A stretch of DNA of 59,799 nt from an uncultured Thermotogae bacterium (GTDB lineage: Bacteria > Bipolaricaulota > Bipolaricaulia > UBA7950 > UBA9294), in the NCBI GenBank assembly GCA_964355545.1, contig CAYHEK010000001.1, positions 7,478 through 67,276 on the forward strand, given 5' to 3'. The notes under the pieces are model-generated. The model made no database searches. It was not told the origin of the DNA and saw only the letters and a list, made by a program, of their open reading frames with translations. Shown in pieces: positions 34,987 to 44,037 of this stretch. The position numbers were made by a program, and so were the translations under genes. The first letter of the stretch is position 1, and every line of letters starts with the position of its first letter.

Positions 34987-36033
34987 CTAGTGTCCGCAGG
35001 CCTTCGCGAGGGCAATCAGCTCCGGATGCACCACTTCGCCATCCTGTGTGACAGGCACCCCATCGCAGGCTACCGATGTGGCAAGACAAATCCCGTCAAT
35101 GTGCGAGGCTGCAACGCGCGGCGCGCCACCCGAGTACATGGGGCCCTGGTATCCGAACCCCCACTCGGTGCAGCCCCACACCCGCTCATCCTCGGTGGTG
35201 CCATACCCAAGCTTGGCGTTGGGATTGAACCCGTAGCAGACGTGAGCAGCGAGGTACATGTCGGGATCGTTCAGCCTCTCGAACCACCGCTTCACGATCT
35301 GCGCTTCCTTCCCGCCACGGATCTCCCGGATCCTTCCTTTCTCCACTTCGTAGATCACCGGCTCCGAGACCCGCCCAATGTCCGCCTCACCGCCGCCCGA
35401 GATCGCGCCATCGAACACCAACCGCCCATTGATCGTTTCCTCTCTTGGCGCCCAGCCGATCTGACCGGTGAGGAAGTGCCCCCCCGGCGTCTCCGCGATG
35501 TGTTCGTTCGCAAAGGGCCGCGAAGGATGGTTCTCGAAAGCAATATCAGTGCCCGCCTTGCTCTTCATCGTCATCTTGCGGGCGTTCTTGGTGATTTCAA
35601 CGACCTTGTTCTGAAAGGCAATCTGCGCATCTATGTCCACCTCGCCAATACAGCGGATCAACTGCGCGGTTGATAGGCCACCAAGCATGAGGTTGCGCGT
35701 GCGTCCGTTGGTCACCGCGCGTTGCCAGGCCGTGCCGTATAGGAGCCACTGATTGTTCAGCTCAATCCAGGCGTCGGCTGCCGGACAGGCGGCAACGAGC
35801 GGTGCCGGAAGGTAGGGATCAGCGGCCATGCCATATCCCTTCGGCGTGCTGTGCCAAGCGACCATCACCTTTGCCCCCAGGGCCTCCCCTGCCTTCGCCA
35901 TCTCCTCCGCAACGCGGAAGTCGCTGATCGAGTCGATGGTGATGAGCAGGTTCTCTCCCGTCGTTACCCGGAGGATCTCTTTGACAGTCTTGTACGCGGC
36001 TTTGAAGAGCTCCAAATCAGCTACGGTAGGCAT
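34987..36033 (-). CDS. M29 aminopeptidase / NicX (2,5-dihydroxypyridine dioxygenase)-like superfamily protein, paralog 1
   Basis: 348 aa. SKAGTDIAF, AHVCYGFNP and SHIDGICL align by eye with the NicX metal-ligand contexts (H, H-x-D). Clearly paralogous to 36700..37743. Confidence 0.65.
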   Translation of the reverse strand: MPTVADLELFKAAYKTVKEILRVTTGENLLITIDSISDFRVAEEMAKAGEALGAKVMVAWHSTPKGYGMAADPYLPAPLVAACPAADAWIELNNQWLLYGTAWQRAVTNGRTRNLMLGGLSTAQLIRCIGEVDIDAQIAFQNKVVEITKNARKMTMKSKAGTDIAFENHPSRPFANEHIAETPGGHFLTGQIGWAPREETINGRLVFDGAISGGGEADIGRVSEPVIYEVEKGRIREIRGGKEAQIVKRWFERLNDPDMYLAAHVCYGFNPNAKLGYGTTEDERVWGCTEWGFGYQGPMYSGGAPRVAASHIDGICLATSVACDGVPVTQDGEVVHPELIALAKACGH

Positions 36034-36084
36034 GATCCCTCCTTGTCTCGAGTGTCGGGCAGACGCACTTCGCCCGACCTGCAG

Positions 36085-36113
36085 ATTCTAAGTAGGGGGC
36101 GCTCACGCTGCAA
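36085..36113 (-). promoter_or_regulatory. candidate sigma70-type promoter of paralog 1
   Basis: On the minus strand: TTGCAG (36113-36108), 17-nt spacer, TAGAAT (36090-36085). About 50 nt upstream of the ATG at 36033. Confidence 0.4.
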
Positions 36114-36345
36114 AGCTTGGCGGGGAAGGCCTGAGCATGCCGAGGAGTCCCTTCCTCCTTCATGCCGCGCCTTGTCTCGTTGGCACATCGCCAAGACGTC
36201 CGCGACAAAGGGCATCCTGACTACTGTTGACTCCGCGTCGTCTCCGCATGGACTTTGCTGGAGCAGATTGGGACTGGACAACCTTGTGGCGGTTCCGGAC
36301 GATCTGACATTCCGCTACTCGCGGCGGTCCTTGACGAATGCGATC

Positions 36346-36374
36346 TTGACATCACCTAAAGCGACCGCTAGGCT
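36346..36374 (+). promoter_or_regulatory. candidate sigma70-type promoter of paralog 2 with a roughly 320-nt leader
   Basis: TTGACA (36346-36351), 17-nt spacer, TAGGCT (36369-36374). A second TTGACG lies 15 nt upstream. Confidence 0.4.
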
Positions 36375-36699
36375 CCACTGATTCCACAAGTGTGGGATGG
36401 AGGCGAGGTCGTGTCGGAACTGGTATCCTGTACTGCCGGTGGAGAGGATACTGGCGCAGACCGCCCCGTCTGTTCGTGAGCAACTCGCGAGACGAGGAGG
36501 TGACTGCAACTACCGCCCAGGCAACCGGTGTAGAAGAGGGCTTCCTGTTCGCGGAGGCATGCTTGAGCGGGAGCAGGAAAGAAGCTCGGCGTCCCTGGGC
36601 GGTGGCGCTGCCCCGAACATCGACCACAAGCTGGTTGACCATTCTTCGGACTGAGACAAAAGCGGTGGACCGCCAGATTCGGAAGAATAGGAGGAAACT

Positions 36700-37743
36700 A
36701 TGCCGCAGATGTACGAGCTAGAGTTGGGCAAGGCGGGGTACATCGTCGCCCATGACATGTGTCGAATCCGCAAAGGCGAGTCAGTCCTCATCACCGTTGA
36801 CTCCGCGATGGACTTCAAGCCGGTCGAGGAGGTGGCCAAGGCGGCAGAGGCGGCCGGGGGAAAGGTGCTTGTCGCTTGGCACTCGACACCACGGGGCTAC
36901 GGCAAGGTTGCCGACCCCCAGCTCCCGCTTTCCCTGAAGGCGGCGATCCCTGCGGCCGACGTCTGGATTGAGTTCAACAATCAATGGCTACTCTACTCCA
37001 CGCCGTGGATCGAGGCGATGTCTAACCGTCGAACCCGCTACCTCTTTCTCGGCGGACTGAATTGCGAGCGTGTGGTGCGTTGCATCTCCCGACTGGACAT
37101 GGATCTACAGGAGAGATTCCAGAACAAGGTCGTGGAGCTTACGCACCAGGCGTCCCGGATGCGGGTGACGACTGCCGCGGGCACGGACGTCTCCTTTGAG
37201 AACGTTCCGAGTCGGCCGATCACAAACGAGCTTAGAGCAGACACCCCGGGCCCGCACTTCCTCGTAGGGCAGATTGGGTGGGCACCTCTGGAAGAGAGCA
37301 TTAACGGCACGATTGTGTTCGACGGATCGTTCTCTGGTGGCGGAGAAGCTGACCTGGGAATACTGAACGAGCCCGTCAACCTGACCGTGGAGAAGGGGAA
37401 GATCAGGGACGTCCAGGGCGGCGCGGAGGCCAAGAAGGTGAGCGATTGGCTGCGCGCACTCGGTGACCCCAATATGTACAACCTGGCCCACATCTGCTAT
37501 GGCTTCAATCCAGGCGCCATTCTGACTGGGTTGTGCACGGAGGATGAGCGCGTGTGGGGGTCGACGGAATGGGGACACGGCTACCAGGGACCGATGTTCG
37601 AGGGCAAGCTGCCCGAGGCCATGTCGCATGCCGACGGGATATGCCTGAACTCCACAGTGTGGCTCGACAAGACTCTCCTCCTGAAGGATGGAAAGGTGGT
37701 TCATGCCGAACTCGTTGAACTGGCCCAAGGCATGGGTAAGTGA
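36700..37743 (+). CDS. M29 aminopeptidase / NicX-like superfamily protein, paralog 2
   Basis: ATG at 36700 after AGGAGG. 347 aa. TAAGTDVSF, AHICYGFNP, SHADGICL. Long collinear identity with paralog 1 (e.g. VAWHSTPRGYG / VAWHSTPKGYG, EFNNQWLLY / ELNNQWLLY). Confidence 0.65.
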   Translation: MPQMYELELGKAGYIVAHDMCRIRKGESVLITVDSAMDFKPVEEVAKAAEAAGGKVLVAWHSTPRGYGKVADPQLPLSLKAAIPAADVWIEFNNQWLLYSTPWIEAMSNRRTRYLFLGGLNCERVVRCISRLDMDLQERFQNKVVELTHQASRMRVTTAAGTDVSFENVPSRPITNELRADTPGPHFLVGQIGWAPLEESINGTIVFDGSFSGGGEADLGILNEPVNLTVEKGKIRDVQGGAEAKKVSDWLRALGDPNMYNLAHICYGFNPGAILTGLCTEDERVWGSTEWGHGYQGPMFEGKLPEAMSHADGICLNSTVWLDKTLLLKDGKVVHAELVELAQGMGK

Positions 37744-38066
37744 GCAGAGTGTGAGACGGCAGCATAGATAGGGTGGTCTGCGGGATCGATGCAACGCCTG
37801 GCGCTGTGGCCACCCAGGCCCCAACTAGACGGCAGCTCTAACAAGGCACAACGTTGGCGGCAGTCGGTGCGTGCGACATGGGCCTTGCCTCCACCGCCGT
37901 GATGCCTAGTGGCGAGGTTGGCGAGAGTGAGTCGCCCTTGGACACAGGCAGGCTCCTCAATGAGTGAGCGAGTGCCCCCAGTGATCTGCAGGCCAATCGG
38001 GTTCGATCCAGCGTACCAGTTCAGAACCTGTCCCACTGGGTCACCCGGTTCAATGACCTTGGAACC

Positions 38067-38172
38067 CAGTTCGAAAGTAGTCCACCAGGGTGTGCTTCAC
38101 GGCACGCAGAGCGATTCAAGCACTTCGGCCGTCAGCCACTTGGCAGTTCGAAAGTCGTCCGCTAGACTCCAC
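38067..38172 (+). repeat. tRNA-3'-end-like repeat: partial copy (38067-38088) plus full 77-nt copy A (38096-38172)
   Basis: CAGTTCGAAAGT(A/C)GTCC recurs 77 nt apart. Copy A aligns without gaps to 51093-51169. 38146-38177 mimics the T-loop, acceptor and CCA of tRNA-Ala, including the 11-mer CTCCACCACGC. Confidence 0.6.
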
Positions 38173-38248
38173 CACGCTGGAAAACATCTACAGATCGGCA
38201 CTCCAGTCTGAGGAGTCCAGCGTACTTCGAACAACAGACTGTGTGGTG

Positions 38249-38484
38249 TTAAGGAACCGCTATGCGGATACCGAAGAGAGCACCTCCGATTGGAGTGGTC
38301 GCACAGCTCTCATTCGAGTAGTTAGAGTCGCCAGCGCCGTTGTAGGCACGCACACGGAGCAGTACGTCGTCGCACTGCTCAGCCCCGCGGGGGGGGTCGT
38401 CCGGGTGACCCTGGCGACGAACAGACCGGCCGGGATTACGGGCTCGAGGAGTCCGTGCCGCGGGCGCGCTGGGACAAAAGCACG
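38249..38484 (-). pseudogene. fibronectin type III domain remnant with a frameshift
   Basis: Minus-strand frames read ...PAGLSSATTYC then, after a 1-nt shift near 38365, LLRVRAYNGAGDSNYSNESCATTP. Joined, they give the classic FN3 C-terminal motif. No start codon or N-terminal half. Confidence 0.45.
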
Positions 38485-38507
38485 TCAGCCGTCGCGCTCC
38501 TTCCAGG

Positions 38508-39908
38508 CTAGGGGAGGGCGTCGTCCCGCTTCTCTTGGGGAGAACGACGCGCTCGGTGGTCCCGTCTCGCCCCTCTCTTCAGGAGTCCCTCGAGAAGGGC
38601 GAGCTTCTCCTCCATGAGAGCTCGCGTACGCGCCTCCAGGTTCAGTCGCAGAAGGGGCTCCGTGTTCGAAGGACGAAGGTTGAACCACCAGTCGTCGTAG
38701 TCGACGGAGAGCCCGTCCAAGTGGCTGACGCTGCCGTCCTGGAACTGCGCTTCCACCCTCTCCATGGCTCCCCTCAGGTCGGCGGCCGGGAAGTTGATCT
38801 CACCGGTGTGCGCGTACTTGCGCAGGGGTTCGACGAGTGACGCGAGAGACGCCCCGGACCTGGCAGCGGCCTGGAGGACCAGAAGCATGGCCATGATTCC
38901 GCTCTCGCAGTAGAAGAAGTCCGCGAAGTAGAAGTGGTACGAGAGCTCACCGCCAAACAAGGTCGCTTCCTGCCTCATTAGGGCCTTGATGAATGAATGC
39001 CCAACGCGAGTCTTGACCGGGCGCCCCCCGTGTGCGCGGATGACCTCGGGGACCACTCGGCTTGAGCGCAGATCGTAGAGGATCACGCCTGGGCCCCTCT
39101 CCTCGAGGAGCGCCGTTGCGATAAGCGCAGTCAGCAAGTCTCCCCGCACTCGTTCGCCTCTCTCGTCCAGGAACGCGACTCGGTCGGCATCTCCATCGAA
39201 GGCAACGCCAATGGAGTGGGGTTCCGCTGCCATCGCCTCTCGCAGGCTTGCAAGGTTCTCGTCCTTGCTGGGATTCGCTTCATGGTGCGGGAATCGTCCA
39301 TCGAGCTCGAAATAGAGGTCCTTGTGACTGATCTCCTGGGTGTCGAGTATCCCGGGCAAGATTGCGCCGGCCATGCCGTTGCCGGCATCGATGACGACGG
39401 GCCGATCGAACGCAACATGAAGACGCTCCCTAAAGAAGGCGCGATAGCGTTCGTTCAGGTTCTCGCGCCTGCAAGAGCCCCTACTCGCAGGCTTCGAGGC
39501 AGGTGTCACGAAGGCCCGCTCGCGAATGGCAGCGAGTCCCGAATCGGAGCTGATCGGGATCGCTTCCTCGCGGACGAACTTGAACCCGTTGTACTTCGCC
39601 GGGTTGTGAGAAGCGGTAATCATGACCCCACCGGCGGCCCCGAGTGTGTTGACGGCAAAGTAGAACATAGGTGTGCTGCTGAGACCGATGTCAACGACAT
39701 CCATCCCGCCAGTTAACAGACCGTCCGCGAGCGCGGCGAAAAGAGGCTCAGAGCTAGGGCGCATGTCCCTGCCCACCACGACACCTCTCCCTTCTCCGAG
39801 GAGGGGGCTCTGCGCGAAGCCCATCCCGATGCGGTAGGCTGCCTCCTCGTCCAGCTCGTCCGGGTAGATTCCACGAACGTCGTAGGCCTTGAACAGCTCC
39901 TGTCCCAT
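38508..39908 (-). CDS. phosphomannomutase/phosphoglucomutase
   Basis: ATG at 39908 after GGGAGGAG. FKAYDVRGIYP, active-site TASHNPAKYNGFK, GVAFDGDADR. Confidence 0.92.
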   Translation of the reverse strand: MGQELFKAYDVRGIYPDELDEEAAYRIGMGFAQSPLLGEGRGVVVGRDMRPSSEPLFAALADGLLTGGMDVVDIGLSSTPMFYFAVNTLGAAGGVMITASHNPAKYNGFKFVREEAIPISSDSGLAAIRERAFVTPASKPASRGSCRRENLNERYRAFFRERLHVAFDRPVVIDAGNGMAGAILPGILDTQEISHKDLYFELDGRFPHHEANPSKDENLASLREAMAAEPHSIGVAFDGDADRVAFLDERGERVRGDLLTALIATALLEERGPGVILYDLRSSRVVPEVIRAHGGRPVKTRVGHSFIKALMRQEATLFGGELSYHFYFADFFYCESGIMAMLLVLQAAARSGASLASLVEPLRKYAHTGEINFPAADLRGAMERVEAQFQDGSVSHLDGLSVDYDDWWFNLRPSNTEPLLRLNLEARTRALMEEKLALLEGLLKRGARRDHRARRSPQEKRDDALP

Positions 39909-40249
39909 GTTTGCCTCTCCTCCCGGCCGGACGGCTGACTTGCCGTGAGACCGCCAACACACTACTCACCCCTCGTTCCACGCGCAATCTCCTGTTGCCG
40001 GACGCCGGGTTCACCCGACCGGTCCCGTGCGGGGTCTGCCCGGCCCACCGGAGGAGAGCCCGCCGCGCGGCAGGATGGGCGGGGGAGCCTCGCCATCCCG
40101 GGAGCCCGCGCGCCGTGCTGGCACGACTCGCGCTTGGCCGCAAAGAGCCTCGGCGCTCACGCACACGCTGGTTTCCGCAAACGAGAAGAATCCTGATCGA
40201 CACGCTGGCCGACGCAGGCCGCAGCAGGGGGCTTCGTCCGGGCCACGGC

Positions 40250-42217
40250 CTAAAGAGCGGCGTCGAAAGCGACGTTGGAGAGCCCCTCGCCGGAAGCGGC
40301 GAACACACAACACTCGGCGGGACCCAGCTCCAGAAGCATCCTTCCCTTGATAATGCGGCCATTCCGCCCTTCGACGGAACCGTGCCCAAGCTCCCACGCA
40401 GGAGCCAGGACAACGCTTGCCGTCTGCGGATGGTCTGCGTCCGTGTTCGCCGTCACCACGAGCCTATCGCGCCCCCGCGCCCTGGCGAACGCAATCACGT
40501 GGGGGTTCCCGGTCCCAAGGGACATCAGCGTCTCCGCGGATGGGTCAATGATGAGATCCTCCCAGCGAGATCGGACCTTCAGAGCTGCGCGGACAAAGGC
40601 AGGGAGCGTGGCCATGCGGTCCCATCCGTATGCACACGGGCTGTACAAGGCGAGCCTGTCCGTCGGATAGCCCGATAGCTCCGCGGCCGAGAAGTCAAGG
40701 CCGGTATTGACTGGCAGCTCTTCACCAAGCTCAAACCCCGAATGTACGAACGGAATCCCGGGAAGAAAGCACCCGATCGCCCACGCCAACCGCGACCGCA
40801 GCGCGCCGCCCGGTCGGCTCGCGCATCGCGGCGTGTCATGAGTTTCCGGAGTCATGAAAAACGGTATGGGTAGTCCCTCCCGCGCAAGCCGGGGGATGAA
40901 CTCGTCTCGCAGGTAGTCGGGGCGGTGGACCGCCCACCAGTAGTTGCCGACGACGGCGTTGTACCCCTCCTCCCGGCTTGCCTGCTCAATGGTGAAGTCC
41001 TCATCGTAGAAGGCGAAGTTGGGGTCGAGGGACCGTGCGGCTGCCACCATGCGCTGTTTCAATGGCCTCGGCAGAGAGTGTCCCATGTCCACCATGACGC
41101 CATCGATTCCGAACGTCTCCTGATAGTGCGGGATGATCCCAACGATCCGCTTCCACAGCGGTTCCACCGCGTGCTCGGGGCGGGAGAGCCGCGTGTCGTA
41201 CATCCGTAGGGTGTTGTACGCCATGTAATTGAACCCGGGGTGGTCGTACAGACGCAGGTACGTCACGTCTCCCCACGGGGGCTGCGGGTCGTCGGGCGGC
41301 CAGTCCGCAAACGCGCCCGGGATCCTCACGTCGGTGCCATCTTCGAGCGTCCCGATCCACCCATGACCGACCCGACGAACCCTCCCGGGAAGAGGCGGCG
41401 CCCGGAAAAGCCTTCTGTAGCCCTCATGAGGCGCCGGAAGGTCGGTCAGATCGCCCCGGCCGACCCGTGACGTGATCTCCGCAAGCTCGCTGGCGGTAAA
41501 GAGTGGACTCCCATACGCCGCTTCAGTGAGGTCTCCCTGGCGTCGATCAGCGGTCTGGGCCTGGATCCAGTAGAACCATTCCGGATGTTCGCTGGCCCAC
41601 GCGGCATCCTTGGCGCTCGTCCGAAAGACGAACTCCGCGACGACGCGAATCCCCAAGTGATGAGCGGCCTCCACGAATGCCGCGAATTCCGTTTCAGCGC
41701 CCAAGCGCAGTGCTGGCTCGGCGAGGAGGTCGTCGAGCCGGTAGGGATCTCTGATGGCGTAGGCCGAGCCCAGCTGGCCCTTCCTACCGTCCTCGCCGAT
41801 CTGCGTGACCGGCAGAAGCTGCACGACATCGCAGCCCAGCCATCGAACGTAGGGAAGAAGGGCGATCGACTTGAGGAAGGTTCCTGTCTCTCGGAACCCG
41901 TCCCCGTTGGCGGGAACGTCGATGGCGCCGTTCCCGTCGTGGTCGAACGCTGTGCTGGCCCGGACGAACAGGTTGTAGACCACCGCCCGGCGGCTCCACT
42001 CGCCGCCAACCCCGCCACGGGTCAGTGGCTGCACTGGGGAGCTCTGGATCTGCGAAATCCGCTCCATGTAGAACCTGAACGGGTCGACGGCGATCGCTCG
42101 TGCAGGCTCGGTGGCGGGATCGACCCACAGACTGGGGATCCGATAGGCTGGCAGCCGCTCCGCTCTGTCCGTGAGTCCTTCGCGAAGGCGCGCCTTGACC
42201 GCATCAAGCGCTTTCAT
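40250..42217 (-). CDS. alpha-amylase family (GH13-like) glucan-active enzyme
   Basis: ATG at 42217 after AGGAG. TIM-barrel regions DVVQLLPV, GIRVVAEFVFRTS, IDGVMVDMGH, FMTPETHDT. Specific activity not assignable by eye. Confidence 0.6.
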   Translation of the reverse strand: MKALDAVKARLREGLTDRAERLPAYRIPSLWVDPATEPARAIAVDPFRFYMERISQIQSSPVQPLTRGGVGGEWSRRAVVYNLFVRASTAFDHDGNGAIDVPANGDGFRETGTFLKSIALLPYVRWLGCDVVQLLPVTQIGEDGRKGQLGSAYAIRDPYRLDDLLAEPALRLGAETEFAAFVEAAHHLGIRVVAEFVFRTSAKDAAWASEHPEWFYWIQAQTADRRQGDLTEAAYGSPLFTASELAEITSRVGRGDLTDLPAPHEGYRRLFRAPPLPGRVRRVGHGWIGTLEDGTDVRIPGAFADWPPDDPQPPWGDVTYLRLYDHPGFNYMAYNTLRMYDTRLSRPEHAVEPLWKRIVGIIPHYQETFGIDGVMVDMGHSLPRPLKQRMVAAARSLDPNFAFYDEDFTIEQASREEGYNAVVGNYWWAVHRPDYLRDEFIPRLAREGLPIPFFMTPETHDTPRCASRPGGALRSRLAWAIGCFLPGIPFVHSGFELGEELPVNTGLDFSAAELSGYPTDRLALYSPCAYGWDRMATLPAFVRAALKVRSRWEDLIIDPSAETLMSLGTGNPHVIAFARARGRDRLVVTANTDADHPQTASVVLAPAWELGHGSVEGRNGRIIKGRMLLELGPAECCVFAASGEGLSNVAFDAAL

Positions 42218-42527
42218 GAGGTTCGCTCCTTGCTGGGCTCGTGATGCTCCTCCAAGCCACCAACCCCCGTCGCTTCCTTGGAGTTCATCATAGAGGCGTC
42301 CTGCTGCCCCGTCCACGGCAGACAGCCATGGCCGCGGGAGCCTCCGCTCGCGCATCCCCAAGGCCCGCGCTCCCATCCGGCAGGCGTCTCACCCACCACG
42401 GTCTTCCTCGCAACCAAGGGCTGGTCTGATCTCGTGACCACCGAATCCGGTTCGGTCGCCCTCCCCTCGGCGCAAAGGACTCCGGATTCTGCGTGTGTAT
42501 CCACCCTGGCTCCCCGAGGCCGAGGCG

Positions 42528-43961
42528 CTAGCCCTGCGCTATGACCCGCTCGTAGAGGGCTACGTACCGGCGAGCCGACGCGTCCCATGACAGATCCTGA
42601 CGCATCCCTCTCTGCTGGAGGCGCCTCCAGGCCTCGGGCGCCGACCGATACACCTCCAGGGCGCGGGCTAGCGCGGCGAGCATGGCCGCCTCGCTGTACT
42701 CGCTGAAGAGAAAGCCAGTCCCGGCTTCGCTGCCCGCGTCGTACTCGGAAATCGTGTCCTCGAGCCCACCTGTGGCGCGAACCACCGGGACTGCGCCGTA
42801 CCGGAGGGAATACATCTGGTTCAACCCACACGGCTCAAAGCGCGACGGCATGAGGAAGATGTCGCAAGACCCTTCGATGCGGTGAGCCCAGGTCTCGGAG
42901 AAAGACAGCTGAGCCGAGACCCGACGGGGATACTGCGCCGCCTTCTCACAGAAAAACGCCTCAAAGCGCGGGTCTCCGGTTCCCAAGAGGACGAACTGGA
43001 TCCCGAGTGACATGATCCGCGGGAAAGCAGGCATCACAAGATCAAACCCCTTCTGCTCTGCCAACCGGGAGATCATCCCCACGACCGGGACGTTTGCGTC
43101 CGGGTCAAGGCCGAGCTCGCTCTGCAGCCTGCGCTTGTTCTCGCGCCTCCCGGAGAGATCGCCCGCCGAGTACGCGACCCAAAGATGTGGATCTCGCTTC
43201 GGATCCCAGACAGACGTATCCACCCCGTTCAAGACCCCAACCAGGTCGCCTCGCCGACCCCGGAGATCCTGCTCGAGTCCCTCCCCGCGGTCGAGGATCT
43301 CGGCAGCGTAGGTCGGAGACACGGTCGTGAGAAGGTCAGCCTGGCGGATCCCCCCCTTCAGGAGATTCACGGTCCCGCGGTCCTCGAACGAACGGAGAGC
43401 CTCCGGGGACAGCCCTGTGACAGGCCCCTGTGAGGCCGGGAAGACTCCCTGATAGGCGAGATTGTGGATGGTGAGCACGGTCTTCGTACCTTGCGAGAAG
43501 GCGCCCCCTCGAGTGGTACGAAGGTAGGCGGGGATGAGAGCCGTGTGCCAGTCGTTGGCATGAACGATGTCTGGAAGCCAGCTGACCGCCTCGCACAGCG
43601 CGAGACTCCCGCGCGACAGAAAGGTGAAGCGCGCCAGCGCGTCCGCGTATTCCCGTCCCTCCCCGTAGATCTGAGGGCGATCGAAATAGGGATCGTGGCC
43701 AAGGAAGTTGATCGGGACCTCGCTCTCGGGGAGTCTTGCGGCAAACGTGACGCAGTCCTTGGCCTCTCCGCCCACAGGAACGGTGAACCGGACGAGTTCC
43801 CGCAAGCTAGGTGTCCCTACAACGCTCCGGTACTTCGGCATGACGACCCGGACGTCGGCGCCATGCTCGGCCAAGGCACGCGGAAGAGCAAGGGCAACGT
43901 CAGCGAGCCCGCCAGCCTTCGCAAAGGGCGCGACCTCCGCTGAGACGAATAGAACGCGCAC
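42528..43961 (-). CDS. glgA: glycogen synthase (ADP-glucose type)
   Basis: MRVLFVSAEVAPFAKAGGLADV N-terminus (KxGGL motif) and a GT5 C-terminal domain. Confidence 0.93.
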   Translation of the reverse strand: MRVLFVSAEVAPFAKAGGLADVALALPRALAEHGADVRVVMPKYRSVVGTPSLRELVRFTVPVGGEAKDCVTFAARLPESEVPINFLGHDPYFDRPQIYGEGREYADALARFTFLSRGSLALCEAVSWLPDIVHANDWHTALIPAYLRTTRGGAFSQGTKTVLTIHNLAYQGVFPASQGPVTGLSPEALRSFEDRGTVNLLKGGIRQADLLTTVSPTYAAEILDRGEGLEQDLRGRRGDLVGVLNGVDTSVWDPKRDPHLWVAYSAGDLSGRRENKRRLQSELGLDPDANVPVVGMISRLAEQKGFDLVMPAFPRIMSLGIQFVLLGTGDPRFEAFFCEKAAQYPRRVSAQLSFSETWAHRIEGSCDIFLMPSRFEPCGLNQMYSLRYGAVPVVRATGGLEDTISEYDAGSEAGTGFLFSEYSEAAMLAALARALEVYRSAPEAWRRLQQRGMRQDLSWDASARRYVALYERVIAQG

Positions 43962-44037
43962 ACACCACCTCCATCATGGACGATACAAGACTCCCACACC
44001 GGTATCAAACCAGAGCGGCGACGAGCCGCCGGGCGAG

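Noticed and set aside
36381-36699. Glycine-riboswitch-like (GGAGAG ... CCCAGGCAACCGG) and T-box-like (GGTGGACCGCC) strings in the long leader
   Set aside because: Each matches only a short part of the consensus, the required partner elements (the CGCCGAAGGAGCAA-type junction, the specifier loop) are missing, and the downstream gene is not a typical target. Reported only as an unclassified structured leader.
38097-38172. Reading the 77-nt repeats as conserved protein C-termini (minus strand: WSLADDFRTA.W.T.E.LE.L.V. then TGA in both copies)
   Set aside because: Neither copy has an upstream start, stops occur 30-70 codons upstream, similarity ends abruptly at the repeat boundary, and the + strand frame looks equally conserved. 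The similarity is therefore at the DNA level.
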